Shown here: positions 50,767 through 51,518 of the stretch, in pieces
How positions within the stretch are numbered: position 1 is the first letter of the stretch
How the letters are laid out: each line of letters opens with the position of its first letter
Virus record (IMG/VR): IMGVR_UViG_3300017960_000020
Coordinates: 1-51,518 of that record
Direction: 5' to 3' (one strand)
Source: a virus
Lineage: Duplodnaviria > Caudoviricetes
DNA length: 51,518 nucleotides
Made by a program: the position numbers and the translations under genes
Notes under the pieces: generated by a model
The model's database searches: none
What the model saw: the letters and a program-made list of their open reading frames with translations, nothing else
Told to the model about the DNA's origin: nothing

Positions 50767-51149
50767 CCGCCCACCCGCCCGCCCCCCAGGGGGCGCCCGA
50801 CCGCGGCAAGCTCAAGCGGTATGACCTCGAAGCCTGGTACGACTGGGAAACGAGCGCGTGCGGCATCGACGAAACAGAGCACCCTGAAGGCGACTGGGTC
50901 CGCTATGCCGAACTGTGCGCCGAGCGCGAGGCCGAGCAGTCCGAGCTGGAGCGGTTGCGCGAAGCCCTGCTGCCCTTTGTTCTTTACTTCGAGCACGCAT
51001 TCGACCAAGCGCGCAGGCAGCATTTCAACTTCCCCGATCCTGTGGGTGACGGCCTTGTGGTGACGCAGGCGGAAGTTTCGCGGGCAAGGGATCTGCTGTC
51101 GAAGCCCCAATCCCAGGACGCCCCCACGGGCGAGGAGCCCAGCCAATGA
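50763..51149 (+). CDS. Hypothetical phage protein
   Basis: TTGA overlap; LKRYD...EHPEGDWVRY motif followed by a short coiled coil. Confidence 0.6.
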   Translation: MTAHPPAPQGAPDRGKLKRYDLEAWYDWETSACGIDETEHPEGDWVRYAELCAEREAEQSELERLREALLPFVLYFEHAFDQARRQHFNFPDPVGDGLVVTQAEVSRARDLLSKPQSQDAPTGEEPSQ

Positions 51150-51370
51150 ACACCTGGCCCGGAGGACAGCGCCGTGCGCTGACTCAAGACGAGCACGCTT
51201 CTTGGAACGCAGGCCGCTATCCCGGCACGCGCCAACTGTGCGCCGAGTGCGGCGAGCCCACGGGGCGCTGCGAGGAAGACGCCCTGTACCTCGGGGCTTG
51301 CGACGAGATCGGCCCGCTGTGCGAGCCGTGCTGGGAGGCCAGCGAAGGCCAGGAGGGCGACCGTGGCTGA
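51146..51370 (+). CDS. Small zinc-finger protein
   Basis: YPGTRQLCAECGEPTGRCEED...GPLCEPCW. Confidence 0.7.
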   Translation: MNTWPGGQRRALTQDEHASWNAGRYPGTRQLCAECGEPTGRCEEDALYLGACDEIGPLCEPCWEASEGQEGDRG

Positions 51371-51518
51371 CCAACTGACCGACGCCGAGTTGATCGAAGA
51401 TGGGAAAGCGCCGGAGCACGCCCCTTGCGACTGCATCGAATGGAACGGCCAGAACTCTTATGTCGCTCGCTGCCGCGAAGGCTGCACGGAAGCCCGTTAC
51501 TCCGCAGCCTCGGATTAC
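51363..51518 (+). CDS. Partial hypothetical protein running off the window end
   Basis: GGAGG RBS, GTG 51363, open for 52 codons to the last base. Confidence 0.5.
   Translation, partial: MADQLTDAELIEDGKAPEHAPCDCIEWNGQNSYVARCREGCTEARYSAASDY

Overview
This window looks like a complete or nearly complete ~51.5 kb, high-GC, lambda/HK97-like tailed dsDNA phage genome with siphovirus-type tail genes. Almost all genes lie on the + strand, many with overlapping stop/start codons. Gene order: DNA methyltransferase, HNH nuclease, RuvC-like resolvase and SprT-like protease; a YqaJ exonuclease + Bet/RecT + SbcC-like ATPase recombination module; a ~465-nt highly structured non-coding region; accessory genes including a 762-aa unknown protein; terminase, portal-MuF fusion, prohead protease, HK97 capsid and two paralogous decoration genes; neck and tail genes (esterase-fused tail terminator, tail tube, frameshifted chaperone, tape measure, glycosidase-containing distal tail protein, gpL, gpK, gpI-J, fibres); an atypical putative lysis region with no recognisable endolysin; an accessory island (HicA-like remnant, Panacea antitoxin, aberrant tRNA); remnants of a lysogeny switch with no full integrase; and a replication initiator containing iterons followed by a DnaC-like loader. 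The strongest novel signals are (1) two tandem 120-nt RNA units at 7706-7943 whose two pseudoknots are conserved between copies, one with a compensatory change, (2) a tRNA-Leu-like body with an Ala (TGC) anticodon and a collapsed T-arm beside an orphan Panacea antitoxin, and (3) carbohydrate-active enzyme domains fused into core tail proteins. All protein calls come from motif recognition by eye; no database searches or folding programs were run.
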